Shown: in pieces, positions 25,793 to 38,117 of the stretch | Numbering within the stretch: the stretch's first letter is position 1 | Layout of the letters: each line of letters opens with the position of its first letter | NCBI RefSeq assembly: GCF_036321535.1 | Contig: NC_087456.1 | Span: 36,580,001-36,644,000 of the forward strand | DNA from: Camelus dromedarius | Taxonomy: Eukaryota | DNA: 64,000 nucleotides | Reading direction: 5' to 3' | The notes under the pieces: generated by a model | Databases searched by the model: none | Seen by the model: the letters and a program-made list of their open reading frames with translations, nothing else | What the model was told of the DNA's origin: nothing | Made by a program: the position numbers and the translations under genes

Positions 25793-25961
25793 NNNNNNNN
25801 NNNNNNNNNNNNNNNNNNNNNNNNNNNNNNNNNNNNNNNNNNNNNNNNNNNNNNNNNNNNNNNNNNNNNNNNNNNNNNNNNNNNNNNNNNNNNNNNNNNN
25901 NNNNNNNNNNNNNNNNNNNNNNNNNNNNNNNNNNNNNNNNNNNNNNNNNNNNNNNNNNNNN
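25793..25961. other. N block (169 nt)
   Basis: Direct reading. Confidence 0.98.
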
Positions 25962-26600
25962 CAGGGAAGTGCATCAGAATCACAGTGAGAACCTCTTCTC
26001 ACCCACTAGGACAGTCACAGTCACAGACGTGGGAAACGGCAAACGCTGAGGAGGACGTGGAGACATGGGACCCTCCAGCATTGCTGGTGGGAACGTCAAA
26101 TGGTGCAACTGCTGTGGAGAACAGACGGCAGTTCCTCAAAAGGTTAAGCATAGAATTACCGAGTAACTTGGCAATTCCCTCCTGTCTACCAAAGGAATTA
26201 CAAATAAATTCAAATAAAAATTATACTATTTGAAACAGCCAAAAAATGGAAACAGCCTAAGGCCCACCACCTGATGAACAGATAAACAAAACTGGCTATT
26301 ACTCAGCCAGAAAAAGGAATGAAGGGTCTGTGCGCGCTACAACACTGAAGGACTTCGTGTTACATGATATTCCACTCAGGAACTGTCCAGAAGAGGTGAC
26401 TCCAGAGAGACAGAAAGCGGGGCTCGAGTAGAGGGGCCTGGGTTGTAGCTACTTAATGGGTCTCCTTCGGGAGGGTGGTGACAATGTTTCGGACCCAGGT
26501 AGAGGTGGTGGTTGCACAAGATTATGGGTACACTAAACGCCACTGTGTTTTATATTTTTAAATGGTTAATTTTATGGTGTGTGAATTTTCTCTTAATAAA
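25962..26600 (+). mobile_element. Old L1 (L1MB/ME-like) 3' fragment
   Basis: gaggacgtggag...tgctggtgggaacgtcaaatggtgcaactgctgtggagaacag...; ends aataaaag. Confidence 0.75.
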
Positions 26601-29453
26601 AGTTTAATTTCAACGACTGAAGTCCTTGAATTTCTTACTAACTTCTAGGTAAGGTTTCATGCAGCCCTGTGGGAACCTGCCTCATTCGGGGCCTTGGGCT
26701 CCAAGGAGCAGGACACGAAGACGTGAGACAGGGCTCTTGCCCGTGCGTCTCCATCTCAGAGGATACGACACACCTTCTAACAGGTAAGACAGAGCAACCG
26801 AAAATCCAGAGCCAGGATGAGAGATCATGACCATTAACAAGACTAATCAGAAAGCGGAGACGCAGGGAGGAACAAAGGATGAGAGACGTGGGCTGGACCT
26901 GAGTGCGGACCCTCCATCTGCTAAGTTAGGGCCTTAAATCAGCACTTCTCTCCCTAAGTGGGGCAAAAAGCCATCATTAGACCATGCAGGGCTGAGCTTT
27001 TCCTCCTTTTGACTCTGAAAGACCAGGCAGAAAGGCCAAAAAGGGAAAATTTGCTTCCATGCAGCGTTGTGACAGTGAGAGCATGGCTTCTTGTTAGAGA
27101 AGTAAATTTCACCCACTGGCCAGCACTAACAGGACTAGAAGCTTCCGGTGAGCTTCAGGGAGACTGAGGTTCAAGGCACCAAGTATTTACTGGGCCCAAT
27201 CGGTACACAGTGCTCTTCCAGGAGCTGGCGGAGAGTCTGAGGTAGCCTGGACCCTGTCTTTATCCTCGGGGCGCTACCCCTCTAACTGGAGGTGCATTGC
27301 ATGTGTGCTGTGGAGAATGGTTAGTGTCCTGGGGGAGGAAGGAAGCCCTTCCAGGTAGAGACCAGGTACAGGGGACACCATGCAATTACAGGGTTTCTTA
27401 CAAATGCTGGGGACACAGGTACTGGGGCTCAGAATCCAACAGACATGTATTAATGGCTTTTGCAATATAAGATGGTGTACTGCGTGATGGGCTCCGGGCC
27501 TGGGAGGTGGGCATGCAGGGGGAGGAGGTGGGAAAGGTGAGGAGGTTCACATTGTAGAGGACCGCACCTCGCCTCCTCCTTGGAGGCGCCTGCATCAGCT
27601 GGCCACACCACCTCCGTCCCACACCGTTCCCCTTTACCACCCTGAATAATCCCGAAGGTGACAAGCCACATCACTTAGCTGGGTCACCAGGTGCCAGGCA
27701 CTGTTTGAAACCTGAACCCCTTTCGGCCTCGCAGCACACCTGTGAGAAAGGCACCACCACCAGCGCCCTGTTCTCTTGCTAAAGCACAGAGAAGCCCCGG
27801 GAACTGCTCAGGGCCGCACGTCAGCAAAGTGCTGGAACCTGGATTCAAACTCCACCTGTCTCCAAAGCCCAGGCCCCTAACCGTCACGCCCCACTCCTCC
27901 CGCGGGCAGTCGCTCCGCACAAACCCGGGCGCCCCGGCCCCGGGAAGCCACCAGGGGACCCTCCTCTCCCCAGGCTTCCTCCGCCTCCGGGCTGCTCTAC
28001 ACCCAGACTCTGCACCCAGAGGCGGCCGTTTCTGTCTGTCCCCCCTCTCCTCCGACCTTCCACCTCAGCACTTGAGGAGAGAGGCTGTCGAAAGAGAAGG
28101 CCAGAGTCAGACAGTGCGCCCGCGCCCGCCCGCCTGACAGATGGGGCTCAGCGCCCTCTCGGGGCCTCACACACCGCCAGCGAGCCCTGAGCCCCTTCCC
28201 TCGGCCTCCACCTCCATCCCCTACGGACTAAGGCCCCTGATGTGTCAGCCCCCACCCGGCGCCCCCCGCCCCCGCAGCTCACAGGCCCCCCCAGGCCAGT
28301 CTCTGACCCCGGCTCTCCCCGCAGCTGCTCCCCGCACAGCGGCCAGAGCACCTTCTTGTCAGAGAACAAACCTGGTCGTGCTCCTTCCCCACCCCGAGTC
28401 CCACACAGCCGTCCCCACCCCCAGCGCAGAGTCCTGCCTCTCCAGCTTCCCCCTCGTCACCCTCTGCTCTCCAATTCCAGGCTCAAAGCAAACAATTCAC
28501 AGATCTCCCAGGGCTCCCCACTTTTCTGCTTTCAAATCTTGGCACATGCTGCTCCCTGCTTCACAAGCTAATAACTGTTACGTTCCTTCAAAACGAGCTC
28601 CGATGCTCCCTCCCTGAGGAACCCCACCTCCCCCCGCCCCCGCCCCGTTCTCCCAGCACACGGCTCCCATCCTAACGTAGTATTTACCAGACTTGATTTA
28701 GTGGCTCGTGATTGCACTTGGCTGTGTACTGGCAGTTTCTCCATTACTCTCTTAACTACAGGGTCTGGGCCTTCTAACTCCACCCTCCTGTATTTCCCCA
28801 ATTTCTCTTATCATAAGAATTACCAGAGGAGAGGTATGGAATTTATAAATTCCCAGGCTATCCCCCAAACTGACTGAATCAGGATCTCCAGATTTTTAGC
28901 AAGTGTACATACACGCACACACCTGACCCCACACATTCCTGGTGACTCTTAGGCTCCAGCAAACTGGGGAAGGCTGGTCCAACAGGCCGCCTGGCCCACA
29001 GCAGGCTCAGTAAACACCTGCTGAGCGCGTGAAGGACCAAGTGGGCTGCTCGGGACACAGACGCAGGGAAGCCTGCTAGCTCAGCGGGGACCCTGAGTCT
29101 GGGTTCAGGCCGCAGCTCCTCTCCCCGCCGCACCGCCATCCCACGCTGACCCTGCTGTCCTGAGGGGTCTGCACACCTGCCCGCCCATCTAAAGGCCTGG
29201 GCGCACTGTGAGCCCCGCACAACCACCAGGTAATAAAGCAGGTGGAGCTGGAGGAGCGGCAAAGACCACCTTCCATCTCTGCCACCGGGAGGACTGATTC
29301 TGAACTGGACCCCGTCTCCAGACCACTGTCCCACGGAGACGACCCAAAAGTCAGAGCACCTCCTGCTGAGTGTTTCCTTAGTGGCCATGACTCTGGTTCT
29401 AACTTGACTTTTCTATTCTGATAGGAAGGTCTGCAGATACGATGAGAACATAC

Positions 29454-29541
29454 CTCTTGGGTTTGTTTTTTGGCCACTTGAGCAAAAAGGTCTTCACAAA
29501 ATCTTGGAATGATTCCTGGTTCTTCACTAAACCCCATCATC
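29454..29541 (-). CDS. KIF14: KIF14 exon 4 (MMGFSEEPGIIPRFCEDLFAQVAKKQTQE)
   Basis: ttttccag| ... GAG|GTATGT; 88 nt. Confidence 0.96.
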
Positions 29542-29639
29542 CTGGAAAATACATTATGAATGGGGAGAAGTCAAACTAATTCAGTTTTCAAATTCTTTTT
29601 GGGGAATTGGGGTGGGGAGAGGGTGGAGGGCAACCTGAA

Positions 29640-29900
29640 GAGAGCTCATGGGTAGAACCTGGGCTCTGGAGCCAAATCCGCCCGAGTTCAAATCTTGGCT
29701 TCACCCCTATGAGCTCTGTGACCTTGGACAAGATACTAGACCAATACTGGGAGCCTCAATCCCCTCTTCTGTGAAATGGGAATAAACAGAGCTATCTGAT
29801 TCGGGGCGGGGGGGTCGCTGTGGAAAAGTAGAAACAGAGCCTTTAGGGCAGTGACTGGGGCAGAGTGAGAACTCGGTAAAGTCAGCTGCTATCAAATGAG
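29640..29900 (+). mobile_element. MIR SINE
   Basis: tgggctctggagcc...gagttcaaatcttggct...ctgtgaccttggacaag...ctgtgaaatgggaataa. Confidence 0.7.
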
Positions 29901-30249
29901 ACTGCTTCCTTCTAGGACAGGCACCACCACCAGACCACGACGGAGTGACTTACTTATAACTCGCACAACAATCCTTCCAAAATACCTTCTCTGGGCTTCG
30001 GTTTACATAAGAAATATAATTTACAGTAAAATGGGGCCAATGATGCTTACAAGATAAACAATTTCCGGCGCAAACAGAAGCCCAGAGATTAAGGAACTTG
30101 CCCGAGTTATCAGAACCTGCATGTAAAATGGTCGAGGTTTGAGCCCAGAGCTGCGCGGTTTCAAATCTACATTCTTTCTCTCAAACTGTGCTGCTTCTCA
30201 CGAGAAGCTTTGAACATGTCTGGATGATCACGTTGACACTGAAACGCAC

Positions 30250-30504
30250 GTGTACGACTTCCCGGAGCCGGTCTGCCCGTAGGCGAAGAGGCAGGTGTTG
30301 TAGCCCTGGAAGGCCTGCTGCAGGAGCGGGGCCGCCAGCGCCGCGTACACGGCCGTCTGGCTGGCGAAGCCGGGGTGACGCTTGTCAACAGACCAGAAGG
30401 CAAGGTCGTAAACGAAACTGTAGACCTGTCGCAGGCCCGGGTGCTCCACGGCGACTTCGTCCCCGTTCAAGAAGACCACCTGGGGGGACCTTTCAGTCGT
30501 CTCT
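30250..30504 (-). CDS. KIF14: KIF14 exon 3 ([11 protein letters not shown]...P-loop [10 protein letters not shown])
   Basis: Acceptor ttttgaag|, donor AC|GTGCGT; 255 nt, phase 2 to 2. Confidence 0.96.
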
Positions 30505-32067
30505 CTTCAAAAGCAGCACAGAGAAAAACACCAAATGGCTGTCATTACTTACAGAGTATTATCCCCACAGAACAGAAAAATGGCCTCAAACTGGCTCCCG
30601 TCTCATGCATAACAGTCCGCCCAGGCGGGACGACTCTCTCCTTTCGTGTGGAAAATGCAGACCAGCAAACAACCACAACAGGTTTCCAAAATACACCCCC
30701 TGTAGCTCCCGAGCCACCACTCCGGGGGAAACAGACTTCCCGAGTCCTTGTCCAGAAAATCCACCCAACTTTTAGAGGATCTTCCATTTTTCCCTTTTTC
30801 TCTTGACTCCCCGATCCCCATCCTGCCTACTGTAATCCACCCGTCTCTGCAGTTCAAACCCAGAAACTTATTTTAATATAAAGAAATTTTAGAGGTGCAA
30901 AACCACATAAAGCTGGCAAGAAACACAGAAGCAATTTCAACAAACTCGGTTAGTCACAAGTTTGAATCTAAGTGTCTTCTGGCCACTGGTTATATTTCTG
31001 TTCATCCGCAGCACCCCCCACCCCAGACCATCTCCCCTAAAACCGTGGGCCTTCACGTCCACCCTCCTCCCATCTCAGACTGAGGAGGAACTCTTCCACG
31101 TGCTCGAGATCTGCAGAAAAACACTGTCAGTCGTGTCTGGCCCCAGAGCCCTCTTTTTGCCCCCAACTCTGCGTTAGATCAAAATTTACCATGGAAACCA
31201 CCTTCCTCATCTGTGTGACAAGTGCCCCTCCCCGGGAGTCTGGGATCAGCCCGTGGTCCTCCCGGGCAGTCAGGTCCTGGGCTCCGCTCTTCCCGCCGCA
31301 GCCTGGGGCTCTTCGGTTAGTTCCCCTGCTGAGGTCTCTCCCCTCATCACCAACCCCACATCCCACTAAAAGGCTTCCAGCACAGTGTGACTGCTGGCCC
31401 TTCAGATCAAACCGGAGGCCCCTCTGCACGGCAGTGGTCACCGTGCCCTCCTGCCACTCACTAAGTCACAACAGATTCAACGTACTGACTGTGACGTTTT
31501 CCAGTCATCTCTTAAATTATGTAAAGATGCCATATTCACAGCCTGCGTGCCCCTCTCTCTCAGCCCTCTACCCACAACCTGTGACGGTCTCACCCACAAG
31601 CACTATTGGAGACACTTTTCTGCCATAAAAATCTGACATTATAAATGAGTGCACTGATAACCACTGCGTATCAGGGACGATGAGGATGGCCACCACTCCA
31701 GACTGGGTTTTGGAAGGACATCTTGGGGAACGAGGGACCTGCTACGGCATTTTTAAGGGAAAGTTAGAAGATCTCGCTGTGCATTACAGATTTGAAAGCA
31801 GACTGCGTTAGGCACTTAACTCATTCAGACTTCTTAAAAGCAATATACCTAGAGAAATTTACATTTGCACAATGTGATGACTGTGATTTTTTTAAGTTTC
31901 CAGCCAGTCATCAAAAATAATCAACATACTACAACCAAACCTAGGAGTTCTCTCTGTTAAAACATCACCAAGGTTGAAGATGCACCAACACGCTGACCTT
32001 CCAGGCAGAGGGACCAGACACACCCCATGCCACTCGCTGGGCCCGGGGTTAAACAGGGGTGACGCAC

Positions 32068-33125
32068 CTGCTGCTGAAAGGCCTGACTCGGACCGCCACT
32101 GTCACCTGGCTGTTCTCCACTTTTAAGGGGTCTGTTTCTGCAGAGGTTTTCCGAAGCGCAGGCTCCTCTTCGAGGAGGAACGTACTTTCTTGCAACCTTT
32201 CCCTCTTACTTGCGAGCAGAGAACTTTTGGGCATCTGTTTAACCTGAAGGCTGGGCACTCGGCTTCTCGGCACTAATGCGGCCGGGCTCTTAAGCTGAGG
32301 CAGGCCTCGCTTCGGTGTGCACCTGTGTTCTATAAGGCTCTTCGAGGGCATTCTTTTTTCCAAGCTTTCACATTTATTTGAAAGTTTCGCCACATCCTTC
32401 CCAGCACTCCTGAGATATAAGTTTCCTGTTTCTGACGCTCTCACATCCAGCTTGCTCTGAACAGGTCTTGTGGCCGAGCGCCCTGATCTAACAGCTTCTG
32501 TCTGACCCCGGGAACCAACGGGGGCTCTGTCACTCGAGGACCCAAGGGCAACGCCTTCGCCCGCCCCACTGAGGGCAGGAAATGTTCCTTGGTTTTTTTC
32601 AGCAGCCTGCACCTCAGCGTCTTTTGGGTCTGCAGCTGGAGGTACAGAAGGTGCAACAAAAAAGGTTTTATCGTTATTTACAACTTTCCAATTTATACTA
32701 GTTTCTGGCGAAGAATGGTTACTTTCTTTTGTTTCCTGCTTTTCCACAGCATCTGCTTCAGTGCAACGCTGTGGCATCAGCCGTGGCTCTGCTGTTTTCT
32801 CAGCCACGCCTCCCCGCTCGCCCCCCAGCAAGGAGGAGTCTTTGCTCCTTGTGACTCTCCTCTGAAGTGTCAGTCTGCCCGCAGGGTGAGGCGGGAGGGG
32901 ATCACCTTCTGGTTTTTCACAGGCAGAAATTACGTAAGTGCTGTCGATGCCTCCGGCTTTCCCCACAGGTCTCAGCAGCGCAGCCCCGTCCTCAGGTGCT
33001 GACGTTTCCGACTCCGGCTGCAGCTGGCGGCTGCGGGCGACGATGCTCAGAGCCGGCCTCCCTGGGGCGGCAGGGAGCCCCAGGTCACCGCCCGCGCTCC
33101 GGTCACACGCGGTGTGTACGGACAT
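32068..33125 (-). CDS. KIF14: KIF14 exon 2, coding part (ATG at 33125; N-terminal extension to start of motor, ...ENSQVTVAVRVRPFSSR)
   Basis: ORF 32049-33125. Donor AG|GTGCGT at 32067. Acceptor TTTTAG/CAG at 33236-33240, so the exon includes about 110 nt of 5'UTR. 352 codons + 2 nt. Confidence 0.96.
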
Positions 33126-33559
33126 CGTGGTAGCACGGTGTTTGTAGAAAGGATGTTTTTGGAGAAACTTTAAGCTCTTATCTGGATGTTCACTTGACTT
33201 CCGGCCATTTCTTATGCATCAGGTTCCAAAATTATCTGCTAAAATAAATAAATAAATTTAGATTGCACAGACTACAAACAGGCTTTAAAAATATGAGAAA
33301 CTTCCACTGTGACAGAAACTTCCCAGAGGAATATATGAGGGTAGGGCGCTCTCCAAGTCAGATACTGCTCCCGAGGTGCTCAGACAGGTCTCTGACCTAA
33401 AGAGCTTACAGCCGTCACCCAGCAAGGACGTACCGGGCTCCCACTACGTGCCAGGCCCACTGATGGGGGCTGCGGATTTCAAAGACATTTTCATTTCTTT
33501 AGCCTAGAAGTAGTGCACAGGTGACCCTCATATCAGACCAAAGGTGCCAAGAGACTTAA

Positions 33560-34360
33560 AAGATATAAAAAGCACATATCAAAGAAGACGCAGAATGGCC
33601 AATAAGCACGTAAAAAGATGCTCAATGTCACTAATCATGAGGCAAATAAAAATCAAAACCACCATGAGACATCCATCAGCATGGCTACTATAAAAAAAAA
33701 GCAAACAGAGAACAAGTGCTGACAAGGACGTGAAGACATTGGTGTACTGTTGGTGGGAAGGTAAAATGGTGTGGCCACTATGGAAAACAGTATGGATGTT
33801 TTCTCAAAAAATTAAAATTACCATATGACATAGCAATTCCACTGCTAGGTACATGCCCCAAAGATTGAAAGAAAGGTCTCAAAGAGATATTTGTACCCCA
33901 TGTTCATAGCAGCATTATTCACAATAGCTAAAACAGGGAAGCAATCCCAGTGTCCATGACCAATGCAGGGCTTATCAAAATGAGGGACAGTCCCACGATG
34001 GGATTAGTCAGCCTTAAAAAGTAAAGAAATTCTGCAATATGCCACAGTACGGATGAACCCTGACGACATTATGCTAGGTGAAATAAGCCGGCCACAAAAA
34101 GACAAATGAGAGATGAGTCCCCATATCTGGGGTACTCAGCAGGTAAAATCATACAGACAGAAAGCACAATGGCGGTTGCCAGGGGCTGGGGGTCGGGGGG
34201 ACCTGGACAGTCACTGTTTATCAGCTGCAGAGTTAGATTTACGAGATGACAAGAGCTTTGGGGGTGGGTGGTAGTGATGACTGCACAACACACGAATATA
34301 TTTTAAGGATGTACACTTGAAAGTGGGTAAGATGGTAAACTTCACGTGTATTTTAACACA
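33560..34360 (+). mobile_element. L1 (L1MB-like) 3' fragment in KIF14 intron 1
   Basis: aatggccaataagcacgtaaaaagatgctcaatgtcac...ccccatgttcatagcagcattattcacaatagc. Confidence 0.82.
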
Positions 34361-34894
34361 GCGAGAAATGAAAGGAGTACTCATCAGCAGCCCTTTTTAA
34401 GCACCTCCAGCTGGGGAGCAGGATGGGTACTCACAGCAAGGATGGGGACTCACGGACGCCCGAGCAGGGAGGCCAAAGGTGGCAGCGGAGCATCTCCGTG
34501 ACACCTGGGAACACACGCTACACACAGCAACGCCTCGTGGACAGGAGTTTGAGAGGCGCCACAAGGCAGACTGTTCCCACATAAGAACCTCAGACAGTAA
34601 ACTTGAAACACACTGTAAGTAATCGCTTGTGCTGAGAACAGTTACGGAACATTAGTTAAGTAGACAGCTGGCCCTCTAGCAGGCAGACAGCAGGGAGACA
34701 GGTACACATGCAAATGCGTGTCAACAATACCTACCCAGCAGTAATGTTTTAAAGAAACGAGAACCGCAGTGACAGCTAAGAGGGCGGGCTCCCAGTCGGC
34801 TCTCTCTCAAACTGGTTATGTTGATGTAAACAAGTCTTGAAACTTGCATACCTGATTCTAACTTGTAAAGTGACACCTGATCAAACTATTTCCT

Positions 34895-35734
34895 TGTGAA
34901 AGTAAATAAAGGAAAACTCATTTAAAACGGAGCCGGGAGGCCCCACACTGAGCACTCATGTTTTATGTCTTGTCATTTTTTTACAGACTCTGGGAAGAAC
35001 CTGCCTCACATACTAGGGCAAAGAGGAAGGAGGAGTTCCTCCTCGCCTGGCAACGGCTCAGCCAATGAGGAAATACGCACCCGGTAACCTGGAGGTCGCC
35101 ACCACCCCAACGGTCCCTCTCCTCCACTGAATTTCCATGCAGTTCTCTCCTTTTCTCCACACAGACCTCTGCTTTACTGCCCCTCACAGACACCGCGTTT
35201 CTCACAAATTGAAGGTCCCTGGGCGCCCTGCATCAGCAAGTCAGTCAGTGCCAGTTTCCAGCAGCATTTGCTCCCTTCATGTCTGTGTCATATTTTGGCA
35301 ATTTTCAAAATATTTCAGACTTTTTCATTAGTATTCTTCTCATTACGGCGATCTGTGATCCGTGGTCTTTGATGTTATTACTATGACACGCTGAAGGCTC
35401 AGATAATTGTCAGCACTTTTATCAGACAGTATTTTAAATTAAGGTATATACATTGTTTTCAGACATAACGCTACTGCACACTCAATAGGCTACAATATAA
35501 CATAAACATAAAACTTTTATATGCGCTGGGAAACAAAATTCATGTGTCTAGCTTTACTGCAGGCGTCTGGACCCAGCCCACAGTATCTGGGAGGTGCCCA
35601 TCCAGGGACGCCCCTCTTCTGTTCTGAGCCTCCCATTCTCCTCCAGTTGGTCCTGAACTGCAGTCCTCTGCTAGTCCCACCTAAACTCTTTTTGATAATA
35701 TAATTAAGTGGCTACTGTATTTTTAAAGTCGACA
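34895..35734 (+). mobile_element. Old LTR interrupted by a Tigger insertion
   Basis: TG start, tcagccaatgag box, LTR-like 3' end ...aagtcgaca resuming after 35600. Confidence 0.45.
35161..35600 (+). mobile_element. Tigger1-derived non-autonomous DNA transposon (Tigger1a-like)
   Basis: Both ends resemble Tigger1: ...cacaaattgaaggt...ctgcatcagcaagtc... and ...ttttatatgcgctgggaaac...gctttactgc...gaggtgcc. Confidence 0.8.
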
Positions 35735-35899
35735 CCAGAGATTATTGCTCTGAAGGAACAAAATAATCGAGGTTCATTTTAAAAGGTAAGCCTTTTAAAG
35801 TTCTAAATCAGTAACAACCATTACCAAAAACTTCGCCAGGATCTAAGCATCTCCCGGCAACCCTTCCACTAAAAGTAAGCAACCTTCCCATTGTGGAAA

Positions 35900-36700
35900 T
35901 AAAAGGGCAAGAAAAGATCCCTGGCACCTGCTCCGCAGCTGAAAGCCGTCAGCTACTCACGCGGAGAGAGACGGCTGCTTGTTCCGGCGGTCGCGGTCAG
36001 ACCCGAGGGAAGAGGGCGCAGACGCGGCGACGTGTTCCCAGCGGTCACCTCGGGGCCCGGACCGCGACCCGCCCCTAAGGCCGGCCGGCCGCCCGGAGGG
36101 GTCAACGCGCGCGGAGGGCGAGGCCCGGGTCCCGCCGCCCCCAGCCCTCCTCGGGGACCCCCGGCCCTCCTCCAGGAACCCCTCCTCGGGGACCCCGCCT
36201 TCCCTGGAGAGCACACACACCCCCACACAGACTCACCGCCCCTGCCCCTCCGCGGGGACCTGTCCCTCCTCGGGGCCCCGCCCCGCCCCGACTCCCGAGC
36301 CGCTCTCCCCGCTCCCACCCCCGCACCGGCGCTCCGCCCCCGGCCCCGCAGGCCCCACCTCGTAGCCCCCAGGCCGCCCCGCGCCGCTCACGCCTCTGCC
36401 GCCGGCCCGCGGTTTGAATGCGCGCCCCGCCCTCTGATTGGCTGCCGGGCGCCGCGCACGCACGTCCTCCCGGAAGCGCGCCGCCGGTCTTGCGGATCCG
36501 AGCCCCGACCCACGCTCGCGTCTCCTAGGCAACGGGCCCCGCCCTCCCGGGCTGCGGGCGCGGAGCATCCCCGGCGCCTCTCAGGTGTGCTGGATCCAGG
36601 AGAGCGACAGCGACGCGCTTGTCCAGCCTCAGGATGAAACCAGCAGTCGTCCACCTTACCGCCTTACCTCCAGGACTTCTTGGTGCGGAAGTGGCTGTTT
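35900..36700. promoter_or_regulatory. KIF14: CpG island / KIF14 promoter and non-coding first exon region
   Basis: Very dense CpG. Strong minus-strand donors at 36235-36236 (GCG|GTGAGT) and 35959-35960 (CGC|GTGAGT). Confidence 0.85.
36413..36476 (-). promoter_or_regulatory. G2/M promoter module: CHR (TTTGAA 36413-36418), GC box (about 36425-36432), CCAAT box (ATTGG 36437-36441; CAGCCAATCAGA on minus), ETS-like CCGGAAG (36470-36476)
   Basis: Motifs read directly. CHR plus CCAAT is the established layout of DREAM/MMB-regulated mitotic genes. Confidence 0.75.
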
Positions 36701-37369
36701 GCCCCCAAGTTAACCACATTCACCTTTTTCCAGTATTTCTTGTGCAAAACCCGGAGTTGGGAAGGGTGCTAAATGCCTTACATGGAATTTTTTCATTTAA
36801 TCTTGAAAGTCTTACGAGGTACATGTTAATATGATCCCCAGTACAGATGAGGGACTGAGGTTTAGACTTAAAGTTCAAAAAATCAGCAACTAGCAAGTGG
36901 TGTTAAGTATGTTCCAAAGCGCGCATCGTCAAGTATCACTGTTTCTAAAAATATTCCAGTAAGATTTTGAAACATGAAAAAATGATAATAATACATGCTG
37001 AAAAAAATCAGGTCAGTGAGAGGGACTCTACTCAAGCAGATATTATAAAGCAGCTTTACTTTTTAAACAGCAAAAAGGCAGCTAATGGAAATGTATTCAA
37101 TGGGATGGAAAGGGAAACCAGAACTGACTCTAACTGGATGGAAAAACTGAATGGATGATAAAATACTCGTGCGAAAACTCACTGTTAAAAATCACTCTAA
37201 AAATATTAAAGTTAAATTATAGAGAAACCATCAGAAAAAAGAATGTATCAGATCTATAGGAAAATAATCAAGTCTAGAAGCAAAAGAAAATATGGCAAGA
37301 AAAGACTGACAAACTCAAAATACATAAATAATTTAAACACATGTATAGTTCAAAATGTCTACAATGTAG

Positions 37370-37488
37370 CGGAGGGAGGGTATAGCTCAAGTGGTAGAGC
37401 ACATGCTTAGCATACAGAAGTTCCTGGGTTCAATCCCCAGTACCAATTCTAAAAATAAGTAAACCTAATTACCCCCCCAAAAAACTAA
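37370..37488 (+). mobile_element. tRNA-derived camelid SINE (Vic-1-like)
   Basis: A box tagctcaagtggtagagc, B box gggttcaatccc, tail aaacctaattacccccc; flanking direct repeat aatgtag. Confidence 0.88.
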
Positions 37489-38117
37489 AATGTAGTAAAT
37501 AACTAGAAAAATACACTAAATGTGACAGAAAATGCAAAGATCTCTTTCAATTACACAAGGAAAATAAAGTTACAAATAGAAGAATAAAATAAATAAAATA
37601 TAAAAATGGACAAAATACACACAAAAATAATTCAGAAAAATATAGAATGGAAAATCCAGCCATTAATGCAAGTGAAAAAATAAATTAGGTACAAGTAAAA
37701 AAAATGCTTTTTAGTTTTGGTGCTGGTGATGTTGCATCAAAATTTAAAGTACACATTTCTAGTGACAGAAATGGATGAGCTTCTCGAGGGCAGGGACCCC
37801 ACCCTTTCATAGTGGACCCTGCCTGCTTAGTGTAAGCCCTGATATAGAAAAAACACTTGGCAAATATTTGTTGAGTAAATAGCAAGTCTGCCTAGAAAGC
37901 AACATGATACTGTATTGGAAGAGCCATGAAGATACTCATATTCTTTGACCTAGTAACTGCACTACAAAAATTTATTCTTGGAAAATATTTCAGTGGAAAC
38001 CAAAAAGCATGCAGCCCCTGCCCCCTCACCCCCAACTGGAAAAAACTCCCAATGGCCAACCCTGAGAGAATGTTTTAAATGGTTCAAAATGAGGGAAACC
38101 ATGGAACCGCAGGAGTT

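Larger units (their letters stand above)
1..36410 (-). other. KIF14: KIF14 gene span (kinesin-3 motor, cytokinesis); 3' end continues beyond position 1
   Basis: 22 coding exons join in frame. They carry the kinesin motifs [26 protein letters not shown] and DLAGSE, then an FHA region (HLPNLVNLNEDPQLSE...) and a coiled-coil stalk matching KIF14. The 5' limit is inferred from promoter motifs. Confidence 0.97.

Noticed and set aside
25793-25961. Possible KIF14 exon hidden in the N block
   Set aside because: Exons 4 and 5 already join in frame with continuous motor sequence.
32589-33147. Plus-strand ORFs antisense to KIF14 exon 2
   Set aside because: Shadow ORFs of a long coding exon, with no independent support.
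35893-36834. Many overlapping ORFs on both strands
   Set aside because: Expected from stop-codon scarcity in a CpG island; the products are G/P/R/A-rich with no recognisable domain.
37370-37450. tRNA-like sequences (A and B boxes) here and at seven other sites
   Set aside because: They have SINE tails and target-site duplications, are mutually diverged, and I could not identify intact cloverleafs. They are SINEs, not tRNA genes.
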